Shown here: piece after piece, positions 30,001 through 45,000 of the stretch
How the letters are laid out: the number at the start of each line of letters is the position of its first letter
Numbering within the stretch: position 1 is the first letter of the stretch
NCBI GenBank assembly: GCA_032718475.1
Contig: JAUCBJ010007443.1
Span: 1-64,000 of the forward strand
Length of the DNA: 64,000 bases
Source of the DNA: Nemertoderma westbladi
Lineage: Eukaryota > Animalia > Xenacoelomorpha
Reading direction: 5' to 3'
Made by a program: the position numbers and the translations under genes
The notes under the pieces: model-generated
What the model was told of the DNA's origin: nothing
Databases searched by the model: none
The model's input: only the letters and a program-made list of their open reading frames with translations

Positions 30001-33000
30001 CAGTCCCACAGTACAGTTGGTTGTACACGTACAGGAGTTACAGTGTCGGCCATGTTCCTATCAGTCCCACAGTACAGTTGGTTGTACACGTACAGGAGTT
30101 ACAGTGTCGGCCATGTTCCTATCAGTCCCACAGTACAGTTGGTTGTACACGTACAGGAGTTACAGTGTCGGCCATGTTCCTATCAGTCCCACAGTACAGT
30201 TGGTTGTACACGTACAGGAGTTACAGTGTCGGCCGTGTTCCAATCAGTCCCACAGTACAGTTGGTTGTACACGTACAGGAGTTACAGTGTCGGCCATGTT
30301 CCTATCAGTCCCACAGTACAGTTGGTTGTACACGTACAGGAGTTACAGTGTCGGCCGTGTTCCTATCAGTCCCACAGTACAGTTGGTTGTACACGTACAG
30401 GAGTTACAGTGTCGGCCGTGTTCCAATCAGTCCCACAGTACAGTTGGTTGTACACGTACAGGAGTTACAGTGTCGGCCGTGTTCCAATCAGTCCCACAGT
30501 ACAGTTGGTTGTACACGTACAGGAGTTACAGTGTCGGCCGTGTTCCTATCAGTCCCACAGTACAGTTGGTTGTACACGTACAGGAGTTACAGTGTCGGCC
30601 GTGTTCCAATCAGTCCCACAGTACAGTTGGTTGTACACGTACAGGAGTTACAGTGTCGGCCGTGTTCCTATCAGTCCCACAGTACAGTTGGTTGTACACG
30701 TACAGGAGTTACAGTGTCGGCCATGTTCCTATCAGTCCCACAGTACAGTTGGTTGTACACGTACAGGAGTTACAGTGTCGGACATGTTCCAATCAGTCCC
30801 ACAGTACAGTTGGTTGTACACGTACAGGAGTTACAGTGTCGGCCGTGTTCCTATCAGTCCCACAGTACAGTTGGTTGTACACGTACAGGAGTTACAGTGT
30901 CGGCCGTGTTCCAATCAGTCCCACAGTACAGTTGGTTGTACACGTACAGGAGTTACAGTATCGGCCGTGTTCCTATCAGTCCCACAGTACAGTTGGTTGT
31001 ACACGTACAGGAGTTACAGTGTCGGCCGTGTTCCTATCAGTCCCACAGTACAGTTGGTTGTACACGTACAGGAGTTACAGTGTCGGCCGTGTTCCAATCA
31101 GTCCCACAGTACAGTTGGTTGTACACGTACAGGAGTTACAGTGTCGGCCGTGTTCCTATCAGTCCCACAGTACAGTTGGTTGTACACGTACAGGAGTTAC
31201 AGTGTCGGCCGTGTTCCTATCAGTCCCACAGTACAGTTGGTTGTACACGTACAGGAGTTACAGTGTCGGCCGTGTTCCAATCAGTCCCACAGTACAGTTG
31301 GTTGTACACGTACAGGAGTTACAGTGTCGGCCGTGTTCCTATCAGTCCCACAGTACAGTTGGTTGTACACGTACAGGAGTTACAGTGTCGGCCGTGTTCC
31401 TATCAGTCCCACAGTACAGTTGGTTGTACACGTGTACAGGAGTTACAGTGTCGGCAGTGTTCCAATCAGTCCCACAGTACAGTTGGTTGTACACGTACAG
31501 GAGTTACAGTGTCGGCCATGTTCCTATCAGTCCCACAGTACAGTTGGTTGTACACGTACAGGAGTTACAGTGTCGGCCGTGTTCCTATCAGTCCCACAGT
31601 ACAGTTGGTTGTACACGTACAGGAGTTACAGTGTCGGCCGTGTTCCAATCAGTCCCACAGTACAGTTGGTTGTACACGTACAGGAGTTACAGTGTCGGCC
31701 GTGTTCCTATCAGTCCCACAGTACAGTTGGTTGTACACGTACAGGAGTTACAGTGTCGGCCGTGTTCCAATCAGTCCCACAGTACAGTTGGTTGTACACG
31801 TACAGGAGTTACAGTGTCGGCCGTGTTCCTATCAGTCCCACAGTACAGTTGGTTGTACACGTACAGGAGTTACAGTGTCGGCCGTGTTCCAATCAGTCCC
31901 ACAGTACAGTTGGTTGTACACGTACAGGAGTTACAGTGTCGGCCGTGTTCCTATCAGTCCCACAGTACAGTTGGTTGTACACGTACAGGAGTTACAGTGT
32001 CGGCCGTGTTCCTATCAGTCCCACAGTACAGTTGGTTGTACACGTACAGGAGTTACAGTGTCGGCCGTGTTCCTATCAGTCCCACAGTACAGTTGGTTGT
32101 ACACGTACAGGAGTTACAGTGTCGGCCGTGTTCCAATCAGTCCCACAGTACAGTTGGTTGTACACGTACAGGAGTTACAGTGTCGGCCGTGTTCCTATCA
32201 GTCCCACAGTACAGTTGGTTGTACACGTACAGGAGTTACAGTGTCGGCCGTGTTCCTATCAGTCCCACAGTACAGTTGGTTGTACACGTACAGGAGTTAC
32301 AGTGTCGGCCGTGTTCCAATCAGTCCCACAGTACAGTTGGTTGTACACGTACAGGAGTTACAGTGTCGGCCGTGTTCCTATCAGTCCCACAGTACAGTTG
32401 GTTGTACACGTACAGGAGTTACAGTGTCGGCCGTGTTCCTATCAGTCCCACAGTACAGTTGGTTGTACACGTACAGGAGTTACAGTGTCGGCAGTGTTCC
32501 AATCAGTCCCACAGTACAGTTGGTTGTACACGTACAGGAGTTACAGTGTCGGCCATGTTCCTATCAGTCCCACAGTACAGTTGGTTGTACACGTACAGGA
32601 GTTACAGTGTCGGCCGTGTTCCTATCAGTCCCACAGTACAGTTGGTTGTACACGTACAGGAGTTACAGTGTCGGCCGTGTTCCAATCAGTCCCACAGTAC
32701 AGTTGGTTGTACACGTACAGGAGTTACAGTGTCGGCCGTGTTCCTATCAGTCCCACAGTACAGTTGGTTGTACACGTACAGGAGTTACAGTGTCGGCCGT
32801 GTTCCAATCAGTCCCACAGTACAGTTGGTTGTACACGTACAGGAGTTACAGTGTCGGCCGTGTTCCTATCAGTCCCACAGTACAGTTGGTTGTACACGTA
32901 CAGGAGTTACAGTGTCGGCCGTGTTCCAATCAGTCCCACAGTACAGTTGGTTGTACACGTACAGGAGTTACAGTGTCGGCCGTGTTCCTATCAGTCCCAC

Positions 33001-36000
33001 AGTACAGTTGGTTGTACACGTACAGGAGTTACAGTGTCGGCCGTGTTCCTATCAGTCCCACAGTACAGTTGGTTGTACACGTACAGGAGTTACAGTGTCG
33101 GCCGTGTTCCAATCAGTCCCACAGTACAGTTGGTTGTACACGTACAGGAGTTACAGTGTCGGCCGTGTTCCAATCAGTCCCACAGTACAGTTGGTTGTAC
33201 ACGTACAGGAGTTACAGTGTCGGCCGTGTTCCTATCAGTCCCACAGTACAGTTGGTTGTACACGTACAGGAGTTACAGTGTCGGCCGTGTTCCTATCAGT
33301 CCCACAGTACAGTTGGTTGTACACGTACAGGAGTTACAGTGTCGGCCGTGTTCCTATCAGTCCCACAGTACAGTTGGTTGTACACGTACAGGAGTTACAG
33401 TGTCGGCCGTGTTCCTATCAGTCCCACAGTACAGTTGGTTGTACACGTACAGGAGTTACAGTGTCGGCCGTGTTCCTATCAGTCCCACAGTACAGTTGGT
33501 TGTACACGTACAGGAGTTACAGTGTCGCCGTGTTCCATCAGTCCCACAGTACAGTTGGTTGTACACGTACAGGAGTTACAGTGTCGGCCGTGTTCCAATC
33601 AGTCCCACAGTACAGTTGGTTGTACACGTACAGGAGTTACAGTGTCGGCCGTGTTCCTATCAGTCCCACAGTACAGTTGGTTGTACACGTACAGGAGTTA
33701 CAGTGTCGGCCGTGTTCCTATCAGTCCCACAGTACAGTTGGTTGTACACGTACAGGAGTTACAGTGTCGGAGTCCCACAGTACAGTTGGTTGTACACGTA
33801 CAGGAGTTACAGTGTCGGCCGTGTTCCAATCAGTCCCACAGTACAGTTGGTTGTACACGTACAGGAGTTACAGTGTCGGCCGTGTTCCTATCAGTCCCAC
33901 AGTACAGTTGGTTGTACACGTACAGGAGTTACAGTGTCGGCCGTGTTCCTATCAGTCCCACAGTACAGTTGGTTGTACACGTACAGGAGTTACAGTGTCG
34001 GCAGTGTTCCAATCAGTCCCACAGTACAGTTGGTTGTACACGTACAGGAGTTACAGTGTCGGAGTCCCACAGTACAGTTGGTTGTACACGTACAGGAGTT
34101 ACAGTGTCGGCCGTGTTCCAATCAGTCCCACAGTACAGTTGGTTGTACACGTACAGGAGTTACAGTGTCGAACATGTTCCAATCAGTCCCACAGTACAGT
34201 TGGTTGTACACGTACAGGAGTTACAGTGTCGACCGTGTTCCAATCAGTCCCACAGTACAGTTGGTTGTACACGTACAGGAGTTACAGTGTCGGCAGTGTT
34301 CCTATCAGTCCCACAGTACAGTTGGTTGTACACGTACAGGAGTTACAGTGCCGGCCGTGTTCCAATCAGTCCCACAGTACAGTTGGTTGTACACGTACAG
34401 GAGTTACAGTGTCGGCCGTGTTCCAATCAGTCCCACAGTACAGTTGGTTGTACACGTACAGGAGTTACAGTGTCGGCCGTGTTCCAATCAGTCCCACAGT
34501 ACAGTTGGTTGTACACGTGTACAGGAGTTACAGTATCGGCAGTGTTCCAATCAGTCCCACAGTACAGTTGGTTGTACACGTACAGGAGTTACAGTGTCGG
34601 CCGTGTTCCAATCAGTCCCACAGTACAGTTGGTTGTACACGTACAGGAGTTACAGTGTCGGCCGTGTTCCAATCAGTCCCACAGTACAGTTGGTTGTACA
34701 CGTACAGGAGTTACAGTGTCGGCCGTGTTCCAATCAGTCCCACAGTACAGTTGGTTGTACACGGTACAGGAGTTACAGTATCGGCAGTGTTCCAATCAGT
34801 CCCACAGTACAGTTGGTTGTACACGTGTACAGGAGTTACAGTGTCGGACATGTTCCTATCAGTCCCACAGTACAGTTGGTTGTACACGTACAGGAGTTAC
34901 AGTGTCGGACATGTTCCTATCCGTCCCACAGTACAGTTGGTTGTACACGTACAGGAGTTACAGTGTCGGCCGTGTTCCTATCAGTCCCACAGTACAGTTG
35001 GTTGTACACGTACAGGAGTTACAGTGCCGGCCGTGTTCCTATCAGTCCCACAGTACAGTTGGTTGTACACGTACAGGAGTTACAGTGTCGGCAGTGTTCC
35101 AATCAGTCCCACAGTACAGTTGGTTGTACACGTACAGGAGTTACAGTGTCGGAGTCCCACAGTACAGTTGGTTGTACACGTACAGGAGTTACAGTGTCGG
35201 CCGTGTTCCTATCAGTCCCACAGTACAGTTGGTTGTACACGTACAGGAGTTACAGTGCCGGCCGTGTTCCAATCAGTCCCACAGTACAGTTGGTTGTACA
35301 CGTACAGGAGTTACAGTGTCGGCCGTGTTCCCATCAGTCCCACAGTACAGTTGGTTGTACACGTACAGGAGTTACAGTGTCGGCCGTGTTCCAATCAGTC
35401 CCACAGTACAGTTGGTTGTACACGTACAGGAGTTACAGTGTCGGCCGTGTTCCCATCAGTCCCACAGTACAGTTGGTTGTACACGTACAGGAGTTACAGT
35501 GTCGGCCGTGTTCCAATCAGTCCCACAGTACAGTTGGTTGTACACGTACAGGAGTTACAGTGTCGGCCGTGTTCCAATCAGTCCCACAGTACAGTTGGTT
35601 GTACACGTACAGGAGTTACAGTGTCGGCCATGTTCCTATCAGTCCCACAGTACAGTTGGTTGTACACGTACAGGAGTTACAGTGTCGGCCGTGTTCCAAT
35701 CAGTCCCACAGTACAGTTGGTTGTACACGTACAGGAGTTACAGTGTCGGCCGTGTTCCTATCAGTCCCACAGTACAGTTGGTTGTACACGTACAGGAGTT
35801 ACAGTGTCGGCCATGTTCCTATCAGTCCCACAGTACAGTTGGTTGTACACGTACAGGAGTTACAGTGCCGGCCGTGTTCCAATCAGTCCCACAGTACAGT
35901 TGGTTGTACACGTACAGGAGTTACAGTGTCGGCCATGTTCCTATCAGTCCCACAGTACAGTTGGTTGTACACGTACAGGAGTTACAGTGTCGGCCATGTT

Positions 36001-39000
36001 CCTATCAGTCCCACAGTACAGTTGGTTGTACACGTACAGGAGTTACAGTGTCGGCCGTGTTCCTATCCGTCCCACAGTACAGTTGGTTGTACACGTACAG
36101 GAGTTACAGTGTCGGCCGTGTTCCAATCAGTCCCACAGTACAGTTGGTTGTACACGTACAGGAGTTACAGTGTCGGCCGTGTTCCTATCAGTCCCACAGT
36201 ACAGTTGGTTGTACACGTACAGGAGTTACAGTGTGGGCCATGTTCCTATCAGTCCCACAGTACAGTTGGTTGTACACGTACAGGAGTTACAGTGCCGGCC
36301 GTGTTCCAATCAGTCCCACAGTACAGTTGGTTGTACACGTACAGGAGTTACAGTGTCGGCCATGTTCCTATCAGTCCCACAGTACAGTTGGTTGTACACG
36401 TACAGGAGTTACAGTGTCGGCCGTGTTCCTATCCGTCCCACAGTACAGTTGGTTGTACACGTACAGGAGTTACAGTGCCGGCCGTGTTCCAATCAGTCCC
36501 ACAGTACAGTTGGTTGTACACGTACAGGAGTTACAGTGTCGGCCGTGTTCCAATCAGTCCCACAGTACAGTTGGTTGTACACGTACAGGAGTTACAGTGC
36601 CGGCCGTGTTCCTATCAGTCCCACAGTACAGTTGGTTGTACACGTACAGGAGTTACAGTGTCGGCCGTGTTCCAATCAGTCCCACAGTACAGTTGGTTGT
36701 ACACGTACAGGAGTTACAGTATCGGCCGTGTTCCTATCAGTCCCACAGTACAGTTGGTTGTACACGTACAGGAGTTACAGTGTCGGCCATGTTCCTATCA
36801 GTCCCACAGTACAGTTGGTTGTACACGTACAGGAGTTACAGTGTCGGACATGTTCCAATCAGTCCCACAGTACAGTTGGTTGTACACGTACAGGAGTTAC
36901 AGTATCGGCCGTGTTCCTATCAGTCCCACAGTACAGTTGGTTGTACACGTACAGGAGTTACAGTGCCGGCCGTGTTCCAATCAGTCCCACAGTACAGTTG
37001 GTTGTACACGTACAGGAGTTACAGTATCGGCCGTGTTCCTATCAGTCCCACAGTACAGTTGGTTGTACACGTACAGGAGTTACAGTGTCGGCCGTGTTCC
37101 TATCAGTCCCACAGTACAGTTGGTTGTACACGTACAGGAGTTACAGTGTCGGCCGTGTTCCAATCAGTCCCACAGTACAGTTGGTTGTACACGTACAGGA
37201 GTTACAGTATCGGCCGTGTTCCTATCAGTCCCACAGTACAGTTGGTTGTACACGTACAGGAGTTACAGTGTCGGCCGTGTTCCTATCAGTCCCACAGTAC
37301 AGTTGGTTGTACACGTACAGGAGTTACAGTGTCGGCCGTGTTCCAATCAGTCCCACAGTACAGTTGGTTGTACACGTACAGGAGTTACAGTGTCGGCCGT
37401 GTTCCTATCAGTCCCACAGTACAGTTGGTTGTACACGTACAGGAGTTACAGTGCCGGCCGTGTTCCTATCAGTCCCACAGTACAGTTGGTTGTACACGTG
37501 TACAGGAGTTACAGTATCGGCAGTGTTCCAATCAGTCCCACAGTACAGTTGGTTGTACACGTGTACAGGAGTTACAGTGTCGGACATGTTCCTATCAGTC
37601 CCACAGTACAGTTGGTTGTACACGTACAGGAGTTACAGTGTCGGCCGTGTTCCTATCCGTCCCACAGTACAGTTGGTTGTACACGTACAGGAGTTACAGT
37701 GTCGGCCGTGTTCCAATCAGTCCCACAGTACAGTTGGTTGTACACGTACAGGAGTTACAGTGTCGGCCGTGTTCCTATCAGTCCCACAGTACAGTTGGTT
37801 GTACACGTACAGGAGTTACAGTGTCGGCCGTGTTCCAATCAGTCCCACAGTACAGTTGGTTGTACACGTACAGGAGTTACAGTGTCGGCCGTGTTCCAAT
37901 CAGTCCCACAGTACAGTTGGTTGTACACGTACAGGAGTTACAGTGTCGGCCGTGTTCCTATCAGTCCCACAGTACAGTTGGTTGTACACGTACAGGAGTT
38001 ACAGTGTCGGCCGTGTTCCTATCAGTCCCACAGTACAGTTGGTTGTACACGTACAGGAGTTACAGTGTCGGCCATGTTCCTATCAGTCCCACAGTACAGT
38101 TGGTTGTACACGTACAGGAGTTACAGTGTCGGCCGTGTTCCTATCAGTCCCACAGTACAGTTGGTTGTACACGTACAGGAGTTACAGTGTCGGCCATGTT
38201 CCTATCAGTCCCACAGTACAGTTGGTTGTACACGTACAGGAGTTACAGTGTCGGCCGTGTTCCTATCAGTCCCACAGTACAGTTGGTTGTACACGTACAG
38301 GAGTTACAGTGTCGGCCATGTTCCTATCAGTCCCACAGTACAGTTGGTTGTACACGTACAGGAGTTACAGTGTCGGCCGTGTTCCTATCAGTCCCACAGT
38401 ACAGTTGGTTGTACACGTACAGGAGTTACAGTGTCGGCCGTGTTCCTATCAGTCCCACAGTACAGTTGGTTGTACACGTACAGGAGTTACAGTGTCGGCC
38501 GTGTTCCAATCAGTCCCACAGTACAGTTGGTTGTACACGTACAGGAGTTACAGTGTCGGCCGTGTTCCTATCAGTCCCACAGTACAGTTGGTTGTACACG
38601 TACAGGAGTTACAGTGTCGGCCGTGTTCCAATCAGTCCCACAGTACAGTTGGTTGTACACGTACAGGAGTTACAGTGTCGGCCATGTTCCTATCAGTCCC
38701 ACAGTACAGTTGGTTGTACACGTACAGGAGTTACAGTGTCGGCCGTGTTCCAATCAGTCCCACAGTACAGTTGGTTGTACACGTACAGGAGTTACAGTGT
38801 CGGCCGTGTTCCTATCAGTCCCACAGTACAGTTGGTTGTACACGTACAGGAGTTACAGTGTCGGCCATGTTCCTATCAGTCCCACAGTACAGTTGGTTGT
38901 ACACGTACAGGAGTTACAGTGTCGGCCGTGTTCCAATCAGTCCCACAGTACAGTTGGTTGTACACGTACAGGAGTTACAGTGTCGGCCGTGTTCCTATCA

Positions 39001-42000
39001 GTCCCACAGTACAGTTGGTTGTACACGTACAGGAGTTACAGTGTCGGCCGTGTTCCTATCAGTCCCACAGTACAGTTGGTTGTACACGTACAGGAGTTAC
39101 AGTGTCGGCCGTGTTCCTATCAGTCCCACAGTACAGTTGGTTGTACACGTACAGGAGTTACAGTGTCGGCCGTGTTCCAATCAGTCCCACAGTACAGTTG
39201 GTTGTACACGTACAGGAGTTACAGTGTCGGCCGTGTTCCTATCAGTCCCACAGTACAGTTGGTTGTACACGTACAGGAGTTACAGTGTCGGCCATGTTCC
39301 TATCAGTCCCACAGTACAGTTGGTTGTACACGTACAGGAGTTACAGTGTCGGCCGTGTTCCAATCAGTCCCACAGTACAGTTGGTTGTACACGTACAGGA
39401 GTTACAGTGTCGGCCATGTTCCTATCAGTCCCACAGTACAGTTGGTTGTACACGTACAGGAGTTACAGTGTCGGCCGTGTTCCTATCCGTCCCACAGTAC
39501 AGTTGGTTGTACACGTACAGGAGTTACAGTGTCGGCCGTGTTCCAATCAGTCCCACAGTACAGTTGGTTGTACACGTACAGGAGTTACAGTGTCGGCCGT
39601 GTTCCAATCAGTCCCACAGTACAGTTGGTTGTACACGTACAGGAGTTACAGTGTCGGCCGTGTTCCTATCAGTCCCACAGTACAGTTGGTTGTACACGTA
39701 CAGGAGTTACAGTGTCGGCCGTGTTCCAATCAGTCCCACAGTACAGTTGGTTGTACACGTACAGGAGTTACAGTGTCGGCCGTGTTCCTATCAGTCCCAC
39801 AGTACAGTTGGTTGTACACGTACAGGAGTTACAGTGTCGGCCATGTTCCTATCAGTCCCACAGTACAGTTGGTTGTACACGTACAGGAGTTACAGTGTCG
39901 GCCGTGTTCCAATCAGTCCCACAGTACAGTTGGTTGTACACGTACAGGAGTTACAGTGTCGGCCGTGTTCCTATCAGTCCCACAGTACAGTTGGTTGTAC
40001 ACGTACAGGAGTTACAGTGTCGGCCGTGTTCCAATCAGTCCCACAGTACAGTTGGTTGTACACGTACAGGAGTTACAGTATCGGCCGTGTTCCTATCAGT
40101 CCCACAGTACAGTTGGTTGTACACGTACAGGAGTTACAGTGTCGGCCGTGTTCCTATCAGTCCCACAGTACAGTTGGTTGTACACGTACAGGAGTTACAG
40201 TGTCGGCCGTGTTCCAATCAGTCCCACAGTACAGTTGGTTGTACACGTACAGGAGTTACAGTGTCGGCCGTGTTCCTATCAGTCCCACAGTACAGTTGGT
40301 TGTACACGTACAGGAGTTACAGTGTCGGCCGTGTTCCTATCAGTCCCACAGTACAGTTGGTTGTACACGTACAGGAGTTACAGTATCGGCCGTGTTCCAA
40401 TCAGTCCCACAGTACAGTTGGTTGTACACGTACAGGAGTTACAGTGTCGGCCGTGTTCCTATCAGTCCCACAGTACAGTTGGTTGTACACGTACAGGAGT
40501 TACAGTGTCGGCCGTGTTCCTATCAGTCCCACAGTACAGTTGGTTGTACACGTACAGGAGTTACAGTATCGGCAGTGTTCCTATCAGTCCCACAGTACAG
40601 TTGGTTGTACACGTACAGGAGTTACAGTGTCGGACATGTTCCTATCAGTCCCACAGTACAGTTGGTTGTACACGTACAGGAGTTACAGTGTCGGCCGTGT
40701 TCCTATCCGTCCCACAGTACAGTTGGTTGTACACGTACAGGAGTTACAGTGTCGGCCGTGTTCCAATCAGTCCCACAGTACAGTTGGTTGTACACGTACA
40801 GGAGTTACAGTGTCGGCCGTGTTCCTATCAGTCCCACAGTACAGTTGGTTGTACACGTACAGGAGTTACAGTGTCGGCCGTGTTCCAATCAGTCCCACAG
40901 TACAGTTGGTTGTACACGTACAGGAGTTACAGTGTCGGCCGTGTTCCAATCAGTCCCACAGTAGAGTTGGTTGTACACGTACAGGAGTTACAGTGTCGGC
41001 CGTGTTCCTATCCGTCCCACAGTACAGTGGGTTGTACACGTACAGGAGTTACAGTGTCGGCCGTGTTCCAATCAGTCCCACAGTACAGTTGGTTGTACAC
41101 GTACAGGAGTTAAAGTGTCGGCCATGTTCCTATCAGTCCCACAGTACAGTTGGTTGTACACGTACAGGAGTTACAGTGTCGGCCATGTTCCTATCAGTCC
41201 CACAGTACAGTTGGTTGTACACGTACAGGAGTTACAGTGTCGGCCATGTTCCTATCAGTCCCACAGTACAGTTGGTTGTACACGTACAGGAGTTACAGTG
41301 TCGGCCATGTTCCTATCAGTCCCACAGTACAGTTGGTTGTACACGTACAGGAGTTACAGTGTCGGCCATGTTCCTATCAGTCCCACAGTACAGTTGGTTG
41401 TACACGTACAGGAGTTACAGTATCGAACATGTTCCTATCAGTCCCACAGTACAGTTGGTTGTACACGTACAGGAGTTACAGTGTCGGCCATGTTCCTATC
41501 AGTCCCACAGTACAGTTGGTTGTACACGTACAGGAGTTACAGTATCGAACATGTTCCTATCAGTCCCACAGTACAGTTGGTTGTACACGTACAGGAGTTA
41601 CAGTGTCGGCCATGTTCCTATCAGTCCCACAGTACAGTTGGTTGTACACGTACAGGAGTTACAGTGTCGGCCGTGTTCCAATCAGTCCCACAGTACAGTT
41701 GGTTGTACACGTACAGGAGTTACAGTATCGAACATGTTCCTATCAGTCCCACAGTACAGTTGGTTGTACACGTACAGGAGTTACAGTATCGAACATGTTC
41801 CTATCAGTCCCACAGTACAGTTGGTTGTACACGTACAGGAGTTACAGTGTCGGCCGTGTTCCTATCAGTCCCACAGTACAGTTGGTTGTACACGTGTACA
41901 GGAGTTACAGTATCGAACATGTTCCTATCAGTCCCACAGTACAGTTGGTTGTACACGTACAGGAGTTACAGTGTCGGCCGTGTTCCAATCAGTCCCACAG

Positions 42001-45000
42001 TACAGTTGGTTGTACACGTACAGGAGTTACAGTGTCGGCCGTGTTCCAATCAGTCCCACAGTACAGTTGGTTGTACACGTGTACAGGAGTTACAGTATCG
42101 AACATGTTCCTATCAGTCCCACAGTACAGTTGGTTGTACACGTACAGGAGTTACAGTGTCGGCCGTGTTCCTATCAGTCCCACAGTACAGTTGGTTGTAC
42201 GTACACGTACAGGAGTTACAGTATCGGCCGTGTTCCAATCAGTCCCACAGTACAGTTGGTTGTACACGTACAGGAGTTACAGTGTCGGCCGTGTTCCAAT
42301 CAGTCCCACAGTACAGTTGGTTGTACACGTACAGGAGTTACAGTGTCGGCCGTGTTGCAATCAGTCCCACAGTACAGTTGGTTGTACACGTACAGGAGTT
42401 ACAGTGCCGGCCGTGTTCCAATCAGTCCCACAGTACAGTTGGTTGTACACGTACAGGAGTTACAGTGTCGGCCGTGTTCCAATCAGTCCCACAGTACAGT
42501 TGGTTGTACACGTACAGGAGTTACAGTGTCGGCCGTGTTCCTATCAGTCCCACAGTACAGTTGGTTGTACACGTACAGGAGTTACAGTATCGGCCGTGTT
42601 GCAATCAGTCCCACAGTACAGTTGGTTGTACACGTACAGGAGTTACAGTGTCGGCCGTGTTCCTATCAGTCCCACAGTACAGTTGGTTGTACACGTACAG
42701 GAGTTACAGTGTCGGCCGTGTTCCAATCAGTCCCACAGTACAGTTGGTTGTACACGTACAGGAGTTACAGTGCCGGCCGTGTTCCAATCAGTCCCACAGT
42801 ACAGTTGGTTGTACACGTACAGGAGTTACAGTGTCGGCCGTGTTGCAATCAGTCCCACAGTACAGTTGGTTGTACACGTACAGGAGTTACAGTGTCGGCC
42901 GTGTTCCTATCAGTCCCACAGTACAGTTGGTTGTACACGTACAGGAGTTACAGTGTCGGCCGTGTTGCAATCAGTCCCACAGTACAGTTGGTTGTACACG
43001 TACAGGAGTTACAGTGTCGGCCGTGTTGCAATCAGTCCCACAGTACAGTTGGTTGTACACGTACAGGAGTTACAGTGTCGGCCGTGTTGCAATCAGTCCC
43101 ACAGTACAGTTGGTTGTACACGTACAGGAGTTACAGTGTCGGCCGTGTTCCAATCAGTCCCACAGTACAGTTGGTTGTACACGTACAGGAGTTACAGTGT
43201 CGGCCGTGTTCCTATCAGTCCCACAGTACAGTTGGTTGTACACGTACAGGAGTTACAGTATCGAACATGTTCCAATCAGTCCCACAGTACAGTTGGTTGT
43301 ACACGTACAGGAGTTACAGTGCCGGCCGTGTTCCTCCTATCCGTCCCACAGTACAGTTGGTTGTACACGTACAGGAGTTACAGTGTCGGCAGTGTTCCTA
43401 TCAGTCCCACAGTACAGTTGGTTGTACACGTACAGGAGTTACAGTGTCGGACATGTTCCTATCAGTCCCACAGTACAGTTGGTTGTACACGTACAGGAGT
43501 TACAGTGTCGGCAGTGTTCCTATCAGTCCCACAGTACAGTTGGTTGTACACGTACAGGAGTTACAGTGTCGGCAGTGTTCCTATCAGTCCCACAGTACAG
43601 TTGGTTGTACACGTACAGGAGTTACAGTGTCGGACATGTTCCTATCAGTCCCACAGTACAGTTGGTTGTACACGTACAGGAGTTACAGTGTCGGCCGTGT
43701 TCCAATCAGTCCCACAGTACAGTTGGTTGTACACGTACAGGAGTTACAGTGTCGGCCGTGTTCCAATCAGTCCCACAGTACAGTTGGTTGTACACGTGTA
43801 CAGGAGTTACAGTGTCGGCCGTGTTCCAATCAGTCCCACAGTACAGTTGGTTGTACACGTGTACAGGAGTTACAGTGCCGGCCGTGTTCCAATCAGTCCC
43901 ACAGTACAGTTGGTTGTACACGTACAGGAGTTACAGTATCGAACATGTTCCAATCAGTCCCACAGTACAGTTGGTTGTACACGTACAGGAGTTACAGTGC
44001 CGGCCGTGTTCCAATCAGTCCCACAGTACAGTTGGTTGTACACGTACAGGAGTTACAGTGTCGGCCATGTTCCTATCAGTCCCACAGTACATGTACAGTT
44101 GGTTGTACACGTACAGGAGTTACAGTGTCGAACATGTTCCAATCAGTCCCACAGTACAGTTGGTTGTACACGTACAGGAGTTACAGTATCGGCCGTGTTC
44201 CAATCAGTCCCACAGTACAGTTGGTTGTACACGTACAGGAGTTACAGTATCGAACATGTTCCAATCAGTCCCACAGTACAGTTGGTTGTACACGTACAGG
44301 AGTTACAGTATCGGCCGTGTTCCAATCAGTCCCACAGTACAGTTGGTTGTACACGTACAGGAGTTACAGTGTCGGCCGTGTTCCTATCAGTCCCACAGTA
44401 CAGTTGGTTGTACACGTACAGGAGTTACAGTGTCGGCCATGTTCCAATCAGTCCCACAGTACAGTTGGTTGTACAATGTACACGTACAGGAGTTACAGTG
44501 CCGGCCGTGTTCCAATCAGTCCCACAGTACAGTTGGTTGTACACGTACAGGAGTTACAGTGTCGGCCGTGTTCCTATCAGTCCCACAGTACAGTTGGTTG
44601 TACACGTACAGGAGTTACAGTGTCGGCCGTGTTCCAATCAGTCCCACAGTATAGTTGGTTGTACACGTACAGGAGTTACAGTGTCGGCCGTGTTCCTATC
44701 AGTCCCACAGTACAGTTGGTTGTACACGTACAGGAGTTACAGTGTCGGCCGTGTTGCAATCAGTCCCACAGTACAGTTGGTTGTACACGTACAGGAGTTA
44801 CAGTATCGGCCGTGTTCCAATCAGTCCCACAGTACAGTTGGTTGTACACGTACAGGAGTTACAGTGTCGGCCGTGTTCCAATCAGTCCCACAGTACAGTT
44901 GGTTGTACACGTACAGGAGTTACAGTGTCGGACATGTTCCTATCAGTCCCACAGTACAGTTGGTTGTACACGTACAGGAGTTACAGTGTCGGCCGTGTTC

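Noticed and set aside
25698-43921. Four 71-aa minus-strand ORFs
   Set aside because: Artefacts of consecutive 63-bp monomers keeping one frame open.
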